From an uncultured Gammaproteobacteria bacterium (GTDB lineage: Bacteria; Patescibacteriota; Microgenomatia; 2-02-FULL-39-11), in contig CAYUNW010000004.1 in assembly GCA_964446235.1 (NCBI GenBank), forward strand, positions 141 through 64,140: a stretch of 64,000 bases of DNA, given 5' to 3'. This document shows positions 1 to 9,532 of the stretch, piece by piece. Position 1 is the stretch's first letter. The number at the start of each line of letters is the position of its first letter. Under the pieces are notes generated by a model that worked only from the letters and a program-made list of their open reading frames with translations, was not told the origin of the DNA and did no database searches. Both the position numbers and the translations under genes were made by a program.

Positions 1-1026
1 GGTATCGTTGCTGATAAACATTCGACAGGAGGTTTAGCGGGTACTAGAACTACAATGATTTTAGTTCCGATAATTGCTGCTGCAGGTTATAAAATCCCTA
101 AAAATTCATCCAGAGCGATTACAACACCGGCAGGCACAGCTGATACTATGGAAGTATTAGCCCCTGTAACATTATCTCCAAACCAAATAGAAAAAATTGT
201 CGATAAAATCGGAGGTTGTATAGTTTGGGGAGGACATCTAGGACTAGCCCCGGCCGATGATATTATTATACAGGTTGAAGAACCTTTAGCGTTTGAATCA
301 TTTGATAAAATAATAATTTCAATTATGGCAAAAAAAATCGCATCTGGCGCTACACACTTAGTTATAGATATTCCCGTTGGAAGTACTCTTAAAATTAGAC
401 ATTTTAAGGATGCAGAAATTATTAAGAAAAAATTTTCATTTTTAGCAAAAAAATTTAAAATCAAAGCAGATTTTGATATTAATCAAGCGCTTGAACCCGC
501 AGGTCATAGCGTAGGACCTGCCTTAGAAGCCATAGATGTTTTGAAAGTATTAGAAGGAAGACCCGATAGGCCATTCATGCTTGAGGCAAAAGCGCTTAGA
601 CTGGCCGGTAAATTACTCGATCTTTGTTTATCCGAAGATAATAAAAAGAACAAAATAAATGGTGAAGAATTGGCAAAAGAAATTCTATATAGCGGCAAAG
701 CTCATAATAAAATGAAAGAAATTATTAAAGCTCAAGGTGGTAACCATGGCATTGAAGTAAGTGATATTAAATTAGGTCAATATAAATTTGAAATTCCTTG
801 TAAAAAAAGCGGTACAATAACATCCTTCAATAATAAAGACTTAACAATTATTGCGAGAATTTTAGGTTGTCCAACTGATAAAAAAGCCGGAATATATTTA
901 GAAAGACGTGTAGATGAACATATTGATAAAGGAGACATATTATGTGTTTTATATTCATCAGATAAGTGGCGACTTGAAGAAGCTAAAGAATCCTTAATTC
1001 ACGCACCAATTTATAAAATTGAATAG
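1..1026 (+). CDS. deoA: AMP phosphorylase / thymidine phosphorylase family protein (5' end cut by window edge)
   Basis: Frame 1 is open from base 1 (GIVADKHSTGGLAGTRTT...), so the DKHSTGG phosphate-loop motif of the nucleoside phosphorylase family lies before the first Met of the listed ORF 55..1026. TPAGTADTMEVL and the C-terminal alpha/beta domain follow. The AMP-specific call rests on co-occurrence with RuBisCO and R15P isomerase at 49.6-51.8 kb. Confidence 0.8.
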   Translation, partial: GIVADKHSTGGLAGTRTTMILVPIIAAAGYKIPKNSSRAITTPAGTADTMEVLAPVTLSPNQIEKIVDKIGGCIVWGGHLGLAPADDIIIQVEEPLAFESFDKIIISIMAKKIASGATHLVIDIPVGSTLKIRHFKDAEIIKKKFSFLAKKFKIKADFDINQALEPAGHSVGPALEAIDVLKVLEGRPDRPFMLEAKALRLAGKLLDLCLSEDNKKNKINGEELAKEILYSGKAHNKMKEIIKAQGGNHGIEVSDIKLGQYKFEIPCKKSGTITSFNNKDLTIIARILGCPTDKKAGIYLERRVDEHIDKGDILCVLYSSDKWRLEEAKESLIHAPIYKIE

Positions 1027-1171
1027 ATTTTTAATGATTGAAATTTTTATAAGTTAGACAATCAATAAAACCTAAGGATTGAAAAATCATAAAAATCTGT
1101 TAAGATTGTTTGGAAAAATCATTCATAATTTCATACTTGAAAAAGATAAATAAATTATCACTTTTAAAAAA

Positions 1172-2134
1172 ATGAAAAGAAAATTTATTATCCTTTTTTC
1201 CACTGTATTAATAATATCTTTCTTTATATATTTATGGTGGAAACAGGCAGTTAAACCGTATAATCCTCATGATAATAATTCCATTCAATTTACTATCGAA
1301 CGAGGGGAAAACTCCAGATTAATCGCTGATAAACTAGCTAAAAAAAGCCTTATCCGCTCGCCAGTCGCTTTTTTTATATTAGCCAGATTCGGAGGATTAG
1401 CTGATAAAATTCAAGCAGGTACATTTCAACTCTCACCTTCTATGGATTTATATACTATTGGAGAGCTTTTAAAAACAGGAAAACAAGATGTGCTTATTAC
1501 TATAATCGAAGGTATACGTAAAGAAGAAGTAGCTTCGATATTATCGAAAGAATTGAATATGTCTGAAGCTGAATTTATTAATCGTTCTAAAGAAGGTTAT
1601 ATATTTCCTGATACTTATTCATTTCCAAAAACCGCTTCTGTTACGGAGGTTTTAGATATTATTAATAATAACTTTTCCAAAAAAGTTAATCAGGATATTA
1701 TAAATAAAGCAAAAAATATTAATTTATCTTTAGACCAATTAATTACTATCGCATCTCTTGTTGAAAGAGAAGCAAAATTAGATCAGGATAGACCGCTAAT
1801 AGCCAGCGTTATATTAAACCGTTTAAAAGATGGAATGAAGCTTGATATCGACGCAACGGTTCAATATGCTCTTGGTTATCAAATTAAAGATAAAACCTGG
1901 TGGAAAAAAGATTTAACAATAAATGATCTGCAAATAAATTCTACTTACAATACCTATATAAATCCAGGTCTACCACCAACCCCTATATGTAATCCCGGTA
2001 TTGCTGTTATAAATGCTATATTAAAAGCTCCAAATACTGAATATTATTATTATCTTGCAGATAAAACTGGAAAATCATATTTTGCCAAAGATTACTCTGA
2101 ACACCAAACAAACATAAAAAAGTATTTGGAATAG
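1172..2134 (+). CDS. mltG: endolytic murein transglycosylase MltG (YceG family)
   Basis: N-terminal TM anchor followed by a YceG domain. Motifs LVEREAKLDQDRPLIASVILNRL and GLPPTPICNPG. Confidence 0.85.
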   Translation: MKRKFIILFSTVLIISFFIYLWWKQAVKPYNPHDNNSIQFTIERGENSRLIADKLAKKSLIRSPVAFFILARFGGLADKIQAGTFQLSPSMDLYTIGELLKTGKQDVLITIIEGIRKEEVASILSKELNMSEAEFINRSKEGYIFPDTYSFPKTASVTEVLDIINNNFSKKVNQDIINKAKNINLSLDQLITIASLVEREAKLDQDRPLIASVILNRLKDGMKLDIDATVQYALGYQIKDKTWWKKDLTINDLQINSTYNTYINPGLPPTPICNPGIAVINAILKAPNTEYYYYLADKTGKSYFAKDYSEHQTNIKKYLE

Positions 2135-2144
2135 ATATTTATAT

Positions 2145-2945
2145 TCATTTTATACAGAAAAAACTACCTATATACTTAATTTCTTCAAGAATTAGTTCAT
2201 CACCAACAAACGCCGAAGCCGTTCCACCATCTAAATTAACTGCAGAAAAAATATTAACATTTTGTAATTTTGAAAATTGATCCAATAAATCTGGTAATTC
2301 TGAAAGTAAAGGACCGGAAAATGAATTTTCTTTTCCGTAAAATGCAATAAATAAAGCTAAATTATCGCTTGTTATAGCCACTGCAATTCTTCTTGCATAT
2401 CTATCATTTTTTATCGAATATTTATACTTTTCTCCGTTCAATATTAAAATTGGACCAGTTTGTAAAGCAAATCTAATACTATCAAAATTAATTTCGGTTG
2501 ATATATTAATGATATTATTATAATCAGCGCTGAAAATTCCTCTCATCAAGTTATGACCGACATAATTTCTAACCAATACATCATTCGTAAAAAACAATCC
2601 TAATGGTCTATCGTCACTGGTATAAAACCCACCGCTAGTTAAATATTTACATTCGTTATCTATATAAAAATCCCGCATATTTTTTTTAAAACCAGTATTT
2701 AAATGAAGATTAATACGATCGGCACTAATTGGTTTGATCCAAGATGCAAAATATTGTTGACTTGCTCTTAATTCAATAGTATTTAAAGGTAATTCAGATT
2801 CTTTTTTAGAATCAATAGACAATACATCACTCTCTTCTTTTTGTATATTTTTAATATATATACCAAAAAAAACAGAAATTGACACAATAACAACAAATAT
2901 GAAAATAATATATTTATTATAATAATATTTATTTTTAATTTTCAT
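2145..2945 (-). CDS. phosphodiester glycosidase family protein (membrane anchored)
   Basis: N-terminal TM helix. C-terminal NLDGGTASAF motif and a layout like NAGPA/DUF2233-type phosphodiester glycosidases. Confidence 0.5.
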   Translation of the reverse strand: MKIKNKYYYNKYIIFIFVVIVSISVFFGIYIKNIQKEESDVLSIDSKKESELPLNTIELRASQQYFASWIKPISADRINLHLNTGFKKNMRDFYIDNECKYLTSGGFYTSDDRPLGLFFTNDVLVRNYVGHNLMRGIFSADYNNIINISTEINFDSIRFALQTGPILILNGEKYKYSIKNDRYARRIAVAITSDNLALFIAFYGKENSFSGPLLSELPDLLDQFSKLQNVNIFSAVNLDGGTASAFVGDELILEEIKYIGSFFCIK

Positions 2946-3027
2946 TCACACTAAAATAATACTATAAACATCAATAAACAAATAGTTTTTAAAGTAGGAT
3001 AATTTTAAAAAAGTAAATTGCAAAAAT

Positions 3028-3423
3028 TTATTTTCCACCTATTAATTGCATAATATTATCATCACAGTCATAAAACGTAGCAAAATATTTATCAAATGTC
3101 GGAGCTTTAAACGGTTTTGCTAAAAATTTCACTCCTTTTTTCTTTAAATATTCATACGTCTTTTGTACGGAGTCAACTTCGATATTGAACATAATCCGAT
3201 GCATGTCTTTGTTTTTCCCTTTTACTTTATTATGTTTTCCAACCCATAAATACATTTTTCCAAGTGCTAATCCGATTCCTGTATCATTAGGATGATTAAT
3301 CTCTTCAATTTTCTGAAGTTCCAACTTATCGATATACCAATTTGCTAGTCTTTTATAATTTTCAGACCATATTAAAATTGCTGTAACGGTTCTAAACATA
3401 TTTTTATAAAAATTTAAAACCAA
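3028..3423 (-). CDS. VOC (glyoxalase/bleomycin-resistance fold) family protein
   Basis: Small protein of about 130 aa with a VOC-like pattern. Clear paralog of 54855..55217 (shared HNKVKGKN ... AKP core). Confidence 0.55.
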   Translation of the reverse strand: MVLNFYKNMFRTVTAILIWSENYKRLANWYIDKLELQKIEEINHPNDTGIGLALGKMYLWVGKHNKVKGKNKDMHRIMFNIEVDSVQKTYEYLKKKGVKFLAKPFKAPTFDKYFATFYDCDDNIMQLIGGK

Positions 3424-4310
3424 CTATTTTTTTTAACTGATTCCATTTGAAATTCTTCTAGTAGTTGTTTCTGTTTTGCGTTAAGTTTTGTCGGAATTTC
3501 GATTCTAATTCTTATGTACTGATCGCCTCTTCCTGAACCTCTAACATAAGGAACACCTTTACTTTTTAATCTTACTAAAGCTCCTGGTTGAGTACCAGAT
3601 TGAATCTTAATTCTTAAATCACCATCAATGGTAGGAACACTTATAATATCCCCTAAAATCGCCTGAATAAAACTTATATTTACATCACATATCAGATCAT
3701 ATCCTTCTCTTTTAAATATTTTACTTTTTTTAACGTTAACAATAACATCATAATCAGAAAATCTGATTCTATTTCCGTCATCCACTCCTTTGGGAATTTT
3801 GATTTTTTGTTCCTTTCCTGATATTACTACCAGTTTTTCTGTACCATGTACTGCTTCTTCAAAAGTTATAGTTATATTATAAATAGGTCTTCTTTTCACT
3901 CTTGAACCAAATGGCGATGATCCGCCAAAAAATTGTTCAAAAATATCAAACGGATCAGAAAAACCACCAAAATCAAACCCCTCAAATGGAGAGCCGCCAC
4001 CCGATGAAGAATAAGTATAAGTGAATGGACCATATTGACCAGTTTGTTGTTGTCCACCAAAAGGACCATTTGAAGAAAATCCTCCTCCAGGACGAAACGC
4101 CTCTTCACCAAATTGATCGTATGATTCTCTTTTTTTTGCATCCGATAGAACTTCATATGCTTTGTTGATCTCTTTGAATCTTTCAGCAGCTTTTGTATCC
4201 TTATTTCTATCAGGATGCCATTCTAATGCTAATTTCCTATATGCTCTTTTAATCTCCTGATCTGATGCATTTTTTTTTACCCCTAAAATATCATAATAAT
4301 TTCTGGACAT
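3414..4310 (-). CDS. dnaJ: DnaJ-type co-chaperone lacking the zinc-finger domain (class II / CbpA-like)
   Basis: J domain YYDILGV...EWHPDRNK (HPD), a G/F-rich linker and C-terminal beta domains. No CxxCxGxG repeats; the mature sequence has a single Cys. Last gene of the hrcA-grpE-dnaK-dnaJ string. Confidence 0.85.
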   Translation of the reverse strand: MSRNYYDILGVKKNASDQEIKRAYRKLALEWHPDRNKDTKAAERFKEINKAYEVLSDAKKRESYDQFGEEAFRPGGGFSSNGPFGGQQQTGQYGPFTYTYSSSGGGSPFEGFDFGGFSDPFDIFEQFFGGSSPFGSRVKRRPIYNITITFEEAVHGTEKLVVISGKEQKIKIPKGVDDGNRIRFSDYDVIVNVKKSKIFKREGYDLICDVNISFIQAILGDIISVPTIDGDLRIKIQSGTQPGALVRLKSKGVPYVRGSGRGDQYIRIRIEIPTKLNAKQKQLLEEFQMESVKKNSWF

Positions 4311-4323
4311 AATTTATTATATT

Positions 4324-4346
4324 AAAAGGCGCGCAAAGCGCGCCGG
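4324..4346 (-). terminator. rho-independent terminator/attenuator between dnaK and dnaJ
   Basis: GGCGCGC-AAA-GCGCGCC hairpin (4328..4344), followed on the minus strand by TTTTAATAT. It is a GC-only stem in an AT-rich genome, located after the dnaK stop. Confidence 0.7.
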
Positions 4347-4381
4347 TTATCTTTTAATTTTTATTAATAACCTGACTTTAT

Positions 4382-6277
4382 TTATTGATCAACAACTTCA
4401 CCTTCCTCAACATCTGTTTTATTCTTTTCATCCTTTTTTTTAGTATCATCAGTTTTTGTTTGTGTATTATCAGCTTGTGGTTCCTGTTTTTGATACATTG
4501 CCTGACCGATTTTTTGTAAACTTTCAGATAGTTGAGCGGTTTTTTCTTCAATTTCCTTTGAGTCTGCAGTATCTGAAATTGACTTAAGATTTTTGATTTT
4601 TTCTTCAACTTCTTTTTTTACATCATCAGAAATTTTATCTTTTGCATCTTTTAATGATTTTTCAGCGACATAAATCATATTATCAGCTTTGTTTTTAGCT
4701 TCTATCTTCTCTTTCTTCTCCTGATCCTCTTTAGAATTTGCTTCAGCTTCCTTAGTCATTCTGTCAATTTCCTCTTTAGATAATCCGGTAGATGAAGTAA
4801 TCCTGATACTTTGACTTTTACCTGTTGCCTTATCCTTTGCCGAAACGTTCAAGATTCCATTAGCATCAATATCAAACATTACTTCAATTTGTGGTACTCC
4901 TCTTGGGGCTGGTGGAATCCCATCCAAAATAAACCTACCCAGCGACTTATTATCCACTGCCATGGGTCTTTCACCTTGTAAAATATTTATTTCAACAGAA
5001 GTTTGATTATCAGCCGCTGTTGAAAAAACTTCAGATTTTGAGGTAGGAATCGTTGTATTTCTAAGTATCAATGGCGTTGAAACACCACCTAAAGTTTCTA
5101 CACCTAAAGTCAAAGGAGTTACATCTAATAACACAACATCTTTCACATCGCCGGTTAAAACACCACCTTGTACTGCTGCGCCAATTGCAACAACTTCGTC
5201 CGGATTAACTGATTTATTTGGTTCTTTACCGAAAAATTCCTTTACTTTTTCGATAACCTTCGGCATCCTGGTCATACCGCCAACCAAAACAACTTCATCA
5301 ATTTTATCTTTTGTAATTTTGGCATCTTTCAAACAAGCTTCAACAGGAGGTATTGTTCCCTCTATTAAATCAGCTACCAAACTCTCCATTTTTGCACGAG
5401 TTAATTTTTTCACTAGATGTAACGGACCGTCTTTTCCTTGAGTAATAAACGGTAGATTTATTTCTGATTCCAAAGATGTTGAAAGTTCAATTTTCACTTT
5501 CTCTGCTGCGTCTCTTAGTCTTTGTAATGCTTGTGGATCTTTTCTGAGATCAACTCCATTTTCTTTTTTGAAATCATCTGCTAACCAATCTAATATCACC
5601 TTATCAAAGTCATCCCCACCCAAATGCGTGTCGCCATTAGTAGCTTTTACTTCATATACGCCTTCTCCTAACTCTAATATTGAAATATCAAAAGTACCCC
5701 CACCTAAATCATATACAGCTACAGTATGCGCATGTTTTTTATCTAAACCATATGCTAACGCTGCGGCGGTAGGTTCATTTATGATTCTTTTTACTTCAAG
5801 ACCAGCGATTTCACCTGCTTGTTTTGTTGCTTGTCTTTGAGAATCATCAAAATATGCCGGTACAGTTATCACCGCTTGATCAACTTTTCCCCCCAAATAA
5901 TCTTCTGCGTCTTCTTTGATTTTTTTCAATATCATGGCTGATATTTCTTGAGGTGTATAAGATTTTCCTTCTACTTCCACTACTGCCATATCGCTTCTAC
6001 CAGCTTTTATAATATAAGGTAACCATTCACTATCTCTTTTTACAGATTTATCTGAATATTTCCTTCCAATGAGTCTCTTTATTGAAAATATAATATTTTT
6101 TGGATTTACAACAATTTGTCTTTTTGCAACATCACCAACTATTCTTTTTACCGGATCTACCACAGAAGGAATAACATTTCTTCCTTCTTTTGAATGAATA
6201 ACTTTTGGACTACCTCCTTCCATTACCGCCACGCAACTATTTGTAGTTCCAAGATCAATTCCTATTATTTTTGACAT
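4382..6277 (-). CDS. dnaK: molecular chaperone DnaK (Hsp70)
   Basis: Hsp70 signatures [18 protein letters not shown] and [18 protein letters not shown] Shine-Dalgarno upstream. Confidence 0.97.
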   Translation of the reverse strand: MSKIIGIDLGTTNSCVAVMEGGSPKVIHSKEGRNVIPSVVDPVKRIVGDVAKRQIVVNPKNIIFSIKRLIGRKYSDKSVKRDSEWLPYIIKAGRSDMAVVEVEGKSYTPQEISAMILKKIKEDAEDYLGGKVDQAVITVPAYFDDSQRQATKQAGEIAGLEVKRIINEPTAAALAYGLDKKHAHTVAVYDLGGGTFDISILELGEGVYEVKATNGDTHLGGDDFDKVILDWLADDFKKENGVDLRKDPQALQRLRDAAEKVKIELSTSLESEINLPFITQGKDGPLHLVKKLTRAKMESLVADLIEGTIPPVEACLKDAKITKDKIDEVVLVGGMTRMPKVIEKVKEFFGKEPNKSVNPDEVVAIGAAVQGGVLTGDVKDVVLLDVTPLTLGVETLGGVSTPLILRNTTIPTSKSEVFSTAADNQTSVEINILQGERPMAVDNKSLGRFILDGIPPAPRGVPQIEVMFDIDANGILNVSAKDKATGKSQSIRITSSTGLSKEEIDRMTKEAEANSKEDQEKKEKIEAKNKADNMIYVAEKSLKDAKDKISDDVKKEVEEKIKNLKSISDTADSKEIEEKTAQLSESLQKIGQAMYQKQEPQADNTQTKTDDTKKKDEKNKTDVEEGEVVDQ

Positions 6278-6290
6278 ATAAATTACCTCC

Positions 6291-6773
6291 TTAATTATTT
6301 TTAATATTGTTTGATTTTCCGATTTTTACTTTTGCAACTCTGATAATCTTCCCGTACATCATGTACGCTGGTTGAAACTGTTCAATTACTTTATTCTCCA
6401 ATTCTTTATCCACATCTAAAGTATCAACACATTCCATAATATAAGGATCAAAATCCTTATTTAACACATCAATCTTTTCGATATTCATCTCATGAAAAAT
6501 ATCGAAAAGATTTTGTAACGTCAATTGTAAACCTTCATTTTTAATAATTTTTTGAGCTCTTTCTATATCATCAATTACAGGTATTATTTTTATTACAAAT
6601 TCTTTAGCTGCAAATTTTGTTTCCTGATCTCTAATTGAATTTATACGTTTCTCCAAATTTTGATAATCCGCCAATGCTCTTAAATATTTTTCTTTCCATA
6701 ATTCCGCATCTTTTTTATTGTTTAAAACAGGTTGTTGGTCTTGTATTTTATTTTTAGATTTATCTTTATTCAT
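6291..6773 (-). CDS. grpE: nucleotide exchange factor GrpE
   Basis: Coiled-coil N-terminal half ([14 protein letters not shown]) and a C-terminal beta domain. Lies between hrcA and dnaK. Confidence 0.9.
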   Translation of the reverse strand: MNKDKSKNKIQDQQPVLNNKKDAELWKEKYLRALADYQNLEKRINSIRDQETKFAAKEFVIKIIPVIDDIERAQKIIKNEGLQLTLQNLFDIFHEMNIEKIDVLNKDFDPYIMECVDTLDVDKELENKVIEQFQPAYMMYGKIIRVAKVKIGKSNNIKNN

Positions 6774-7511
6774 TTACCAACTCCTAGCAACATCATTAAT
6801 GATATTACCCATATATCTCACTAAAGGAATAACTCGAGAATAGTTTAATCTGCTTGGACCAACAACACCTATTGAACCATGATGTTCCGATAATGATGAA
6901 AAATGTGCGAATACTCCACCGCAATAATTCTGCAATTTCTTTCCTATTTGATCAGCAAGTAAAACTGATAATATATCTTCATCACTTACATGACTTGATA
7001 GAACACTCCACCAATAATCATATTCATCTAATGTATCAAGTAAATTTTTAGTTACATCTATATCATAAAATTCAGGCATCTGTAATATATTACCCATTCC
7101 TGAAACATAGATATCTCCTTCATCCGTAGCTGCTATCGAAAGTACTCCTGTTTTTTCAGCTAATGTCTTGACTGCTTCTTTTAAAAATTTATCCATTTCT
7201 GCTCGATAATCCCAAATTTTTTGCTTAACAACTACTTCATCAGATAAAGGCAGTTCTTTCTGTTTTAATAGTTTATCAACATATAACTTAAGGGCTAAAG
7301 ATGTCGGAGTTCTACCTGCAGATGTATGATTTTGTTTTAAATAACCACTCTGTGTCAATCTCACCATTTCATTTCTGATTGTAGCCGGAGAAATACCAAG
7401 ATTATATTTTTTATCCAAAGTTTCAGAACCCACAGGTTCTGCAGTTTCAATATATTCTTCGATTATTGCTTTTAATATATATAATTGCCTTTCTGTTAAA
7501 ATTTCATTCAT
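6774..7511 (-). CDS. hrcA: heat-inducible transcription repressor HrcA (short form, 245 aa)
   Basis: N-terminal winged HTH (LTERQLYILKAIIEEYIETAEPVGSETL). First gene of the chaperone operon, with a CIRCE operator 19 bp upstream. Confidence 0.85.
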   Translation of the reverse strand: MNEILTERQLYILKAIIEEYIETAEPVGSETLDKKYNLGISPATIRNEMVRLTQSGYLKQNHTSAGRTPTSLALKLYVDKLLKQKELPLSDEVVVKQKIWDYRAEMDKFLKEAVKTLAEKTGVLSIAATDEGDIYVSGMGNILQMPEFYDIDVTKNLLDTLDEYDYWWSVLSSHVSDEDILSVLLADQIGKKLQNYCGGVFAHFSSLSEHHGSIGVVGPSRLNYSRVIPLVRYMGNIINDVARSW

Positions 7512-7529
7512 ATTATACCTTCCTAAAAA

Positions 7530-7556
7530 TTAGCACTAAGATATCATGACTGCTAA
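7530..7556 (-). promoter_or_regulatory. CIRCE operator (HrcA binding site) in the hrcA promoter
   Basis: TTAGCACTA-N9-GACTGCTAA versus the consensus TTAGCACTC-N9-GAGTGCTAA. Overlaps the putative minus-strand promoter TTGACA (7566..7561)-N17-TATCTT (7543..7538). Confidence 0.8.
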
Positions 7557-7594
7557 TAATTGTCAAGATAGTTTTTATTCTGTAGTATATTAAT

Positions 7595-9523
7595 GTGAAC
7601 AATAAGATTCTTAAACTATTAATTCCTCTAATATCTTTACCTATCATAGTCTTAGCTGCTTTGACTATTCAACAAATTACATCAAAAGCAAGTTATAAAC
7701 CGGCAAACATTATAGTTGATATTAATAATCTCACTGTACCTATTCTGGAATCTTTTTCATGTTTTGCCCAAGGAGGAGAAGAACCCCCTCCGATGCTTGT
7801 AAATACTATTGATAAGATGAAGAATTTAAACCCAAAATATGTCAGACTTGACCATATATATGATTCTTACGACATTGTTAAGTTTGAAAATAACGAGTAT
7901 AAATTTGATTTTAAAAAACTGGACGAAACTGTCGATCACATCATACAAATGGGGGCAAAACCATTTTTTAGTCTAACCTATATGCCTCGAATATTTAACC
8001 AAAACAATTCACTGATAGATCCTCCTGATAATTGGCAAAATTGGAAAAATCTAGTGCAAAATACCATAGAACATTACAGTGGAATTGAAAATAAAAATAT
8101 TTCAGGAATTTACTATGAAGTTTGGAATGAACCGGAACTAGTTCAATTTGGAAAATGGAATATTGATGGAGGAAAGGATTATCGAATTTTATACTATCAT
8201 TCAGCGTTAGCTTCAAAAGATGCAAAAAACACACAAATATATTATTTTGGTGGACCGGCAGTTGGATCTTTTTATCCCAAATGGATTGATCATTTCCTTT
8301 CCTACGCTTCACAAAACAAATTAAGAGTAGATTTTTATTCCTATCACAGATATCACAAAAACCCTGAAATATTCATGCAGGATATTACAAAAATTCGAAA
8401 TATAATCAATCAACACCAATCTTTTAAAAACCTACCAATTGTAATTTCGGAATGGGGCATTGAATCTGATAATTTAGATATCAATAATTCGAATGCTGCA
8501 GCAGCTTTTAGTATAAATACAATATCAAAAATATCAGATTATATTAATCTAGCATGTAATTTTGAAATAAAAGACGGTCCCCCGCCAAGCGGTGGAAAAT
8601 GGGGATTATATACACATGAAAATTCTGAAAATCCGCTTTCCCCAAAACCAAAACAAAAAGCATTTTACGCACTATCCAAATTAAAAGGCAAAAGAGCGTA
8701 TTTAATCGGAGATAATCAGTATATTTCCGCCATTGCTTCATATGACTCACAAAAAACAGTGATTATTATATCTAATTACGATTTAACTAACACACATTAT
8801 GAGAATTTCCCAATCACTATTACGGGATTAACACCGTCAACATATAATCTCTCATATGAATATCCATTGGATGGTAGAAAAGAAACTACTGAATTAGTTT
8901 CTACCAACGGAAATATATCAAAAAATTTCAGCTTATCACCAAATACAATTCTAATCATTGAAATTCAACCTTCTGCGTCAATTGCTTCTTTTGTATCAGG
9001 AAACAGCTTGTATGATTCTGATAAAGCAATTATTTTAAATAATAGCCTGGGATTAAACTTCACTTCTCCTCTTTTTAGACTTAAATCAACAGGTGAAGTA
9101 TCTTTTGATATCAAGCCTTTCTGGGATAATAACGATCCGAATTCTTTTACAATATTCGATGTACCATATTCAACAACATCGGGAATTTTGAACCGATTAT
9201 TTTTAGTTAAACAAAAAAGAGCAAATAATAATATGTTAATTTTCGGTGTAGGAAGAAATGAAATTGAAGAAATTAGCGTCATGCTTCCTATCAATAATTG
9301 GGATAAAAATAATTGGTATAAAATTGTAACTAGTTGGGATGTATACGGATTACAATTATCTGTCGATTCTGATAAAACTATCAAGAATCAGACTGTATTA
9401 GATATTAGAAATGGAAATTTTATTAATTTTTATCCAATTAATGCTGCGATGGACAATCTCAAAATCACTGTTGGCGGTGATCAAATCATTGAAAGAAATT
9501 TCAACGGAGTAAACTCACTTTAA
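7595..9523 (+). CDS. secreted/anchored clan GH-A glycoside hydrolase (GH39/GH5-like) with C-terminal LamG-like module
   Basis: GTG start, with an in-frame stop at 7583 excluding a longer ORF. N-terminal signal anchor. YYEVWNEPE (acid/base NEP) and VISEWG (candidate nucleophile Glu). C-terminal concanavalin/LamG-like region (NNWYKIVTSWDVYGLQLSVD). Confidence 0.5.
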   Translation: MNNKILKLLIPLISLPIIVLAALTIQQITSKASYKPANIIVDINNLTVPILESFSCFAQGGEEPPPMLVNTIDKMKNLNPKYVRLDHIYDSYDIVKFENNEYKFDFKKLDETVDHIIQMGAKPFFSLTYMPRIFNQNNSLIDPPDNWQNWKNLVQNTIEHYSGIENKNISGIYYEVWNEPELVQFGKWNIDGGKDYRILYYHSALASKDAKNTQIYYFGGPAVGSFYPKWIDHFLSYASQNKLRVDFYSYHRYHKNPEIFMQDITKIRNIINQHQSFKNLPIVISEWGIESDNLDINNSNAAAAFSINTISKISDYINLACNFEIKDGPPPSGGKWGLYTHENSENPLSPKPKQKAFYALSKLKGKRAYLIGDNQYISAIASYDSQKTVIIISNYDLTNTHYENFPITITGLTPSTYNLSYEYPLDGRKETTELVSTNGNISKNFSLSPNTILIIEIQPSASIASFVSGNSLYDSDKAIILNNSLGLNFTSPLFRLKSTGEVSFDIKPFWDNNDPNSFTIFDVPYSTTSGILNRLFLVKQKRANNNMLIFGVGRNEIEEISVMLPINNWDKNNWYKIVTSWDVYGLQLSVDSDKTIKNQTVLDIRNGNFINFYPINAAMDNLKITVGGDQIIERNFNGVNSL

Positions 9524-9532
9524 AATACTATT

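Noticed and set aside
3028-3423. The two VOC-family paralogs (3028..3423 and 54855..55217) as a repeat or mobile signature.
   Set aside because: Similarity is at the protein level only, on opposite strands and with different flanks. They are ordinary diverged paralogs.
3896-5840. Antisense or alternative-frame ORFs inside dnaJ/dnaK (3896..4156, 4378..4608, 5568..5840).
   Set aside because: They lie wholly within strongly supported chaperone genes, are low-complexity (Lys-rich or hydrophobic mirror frames), and have no RBS. This is the typical shadow-ORF pattern.
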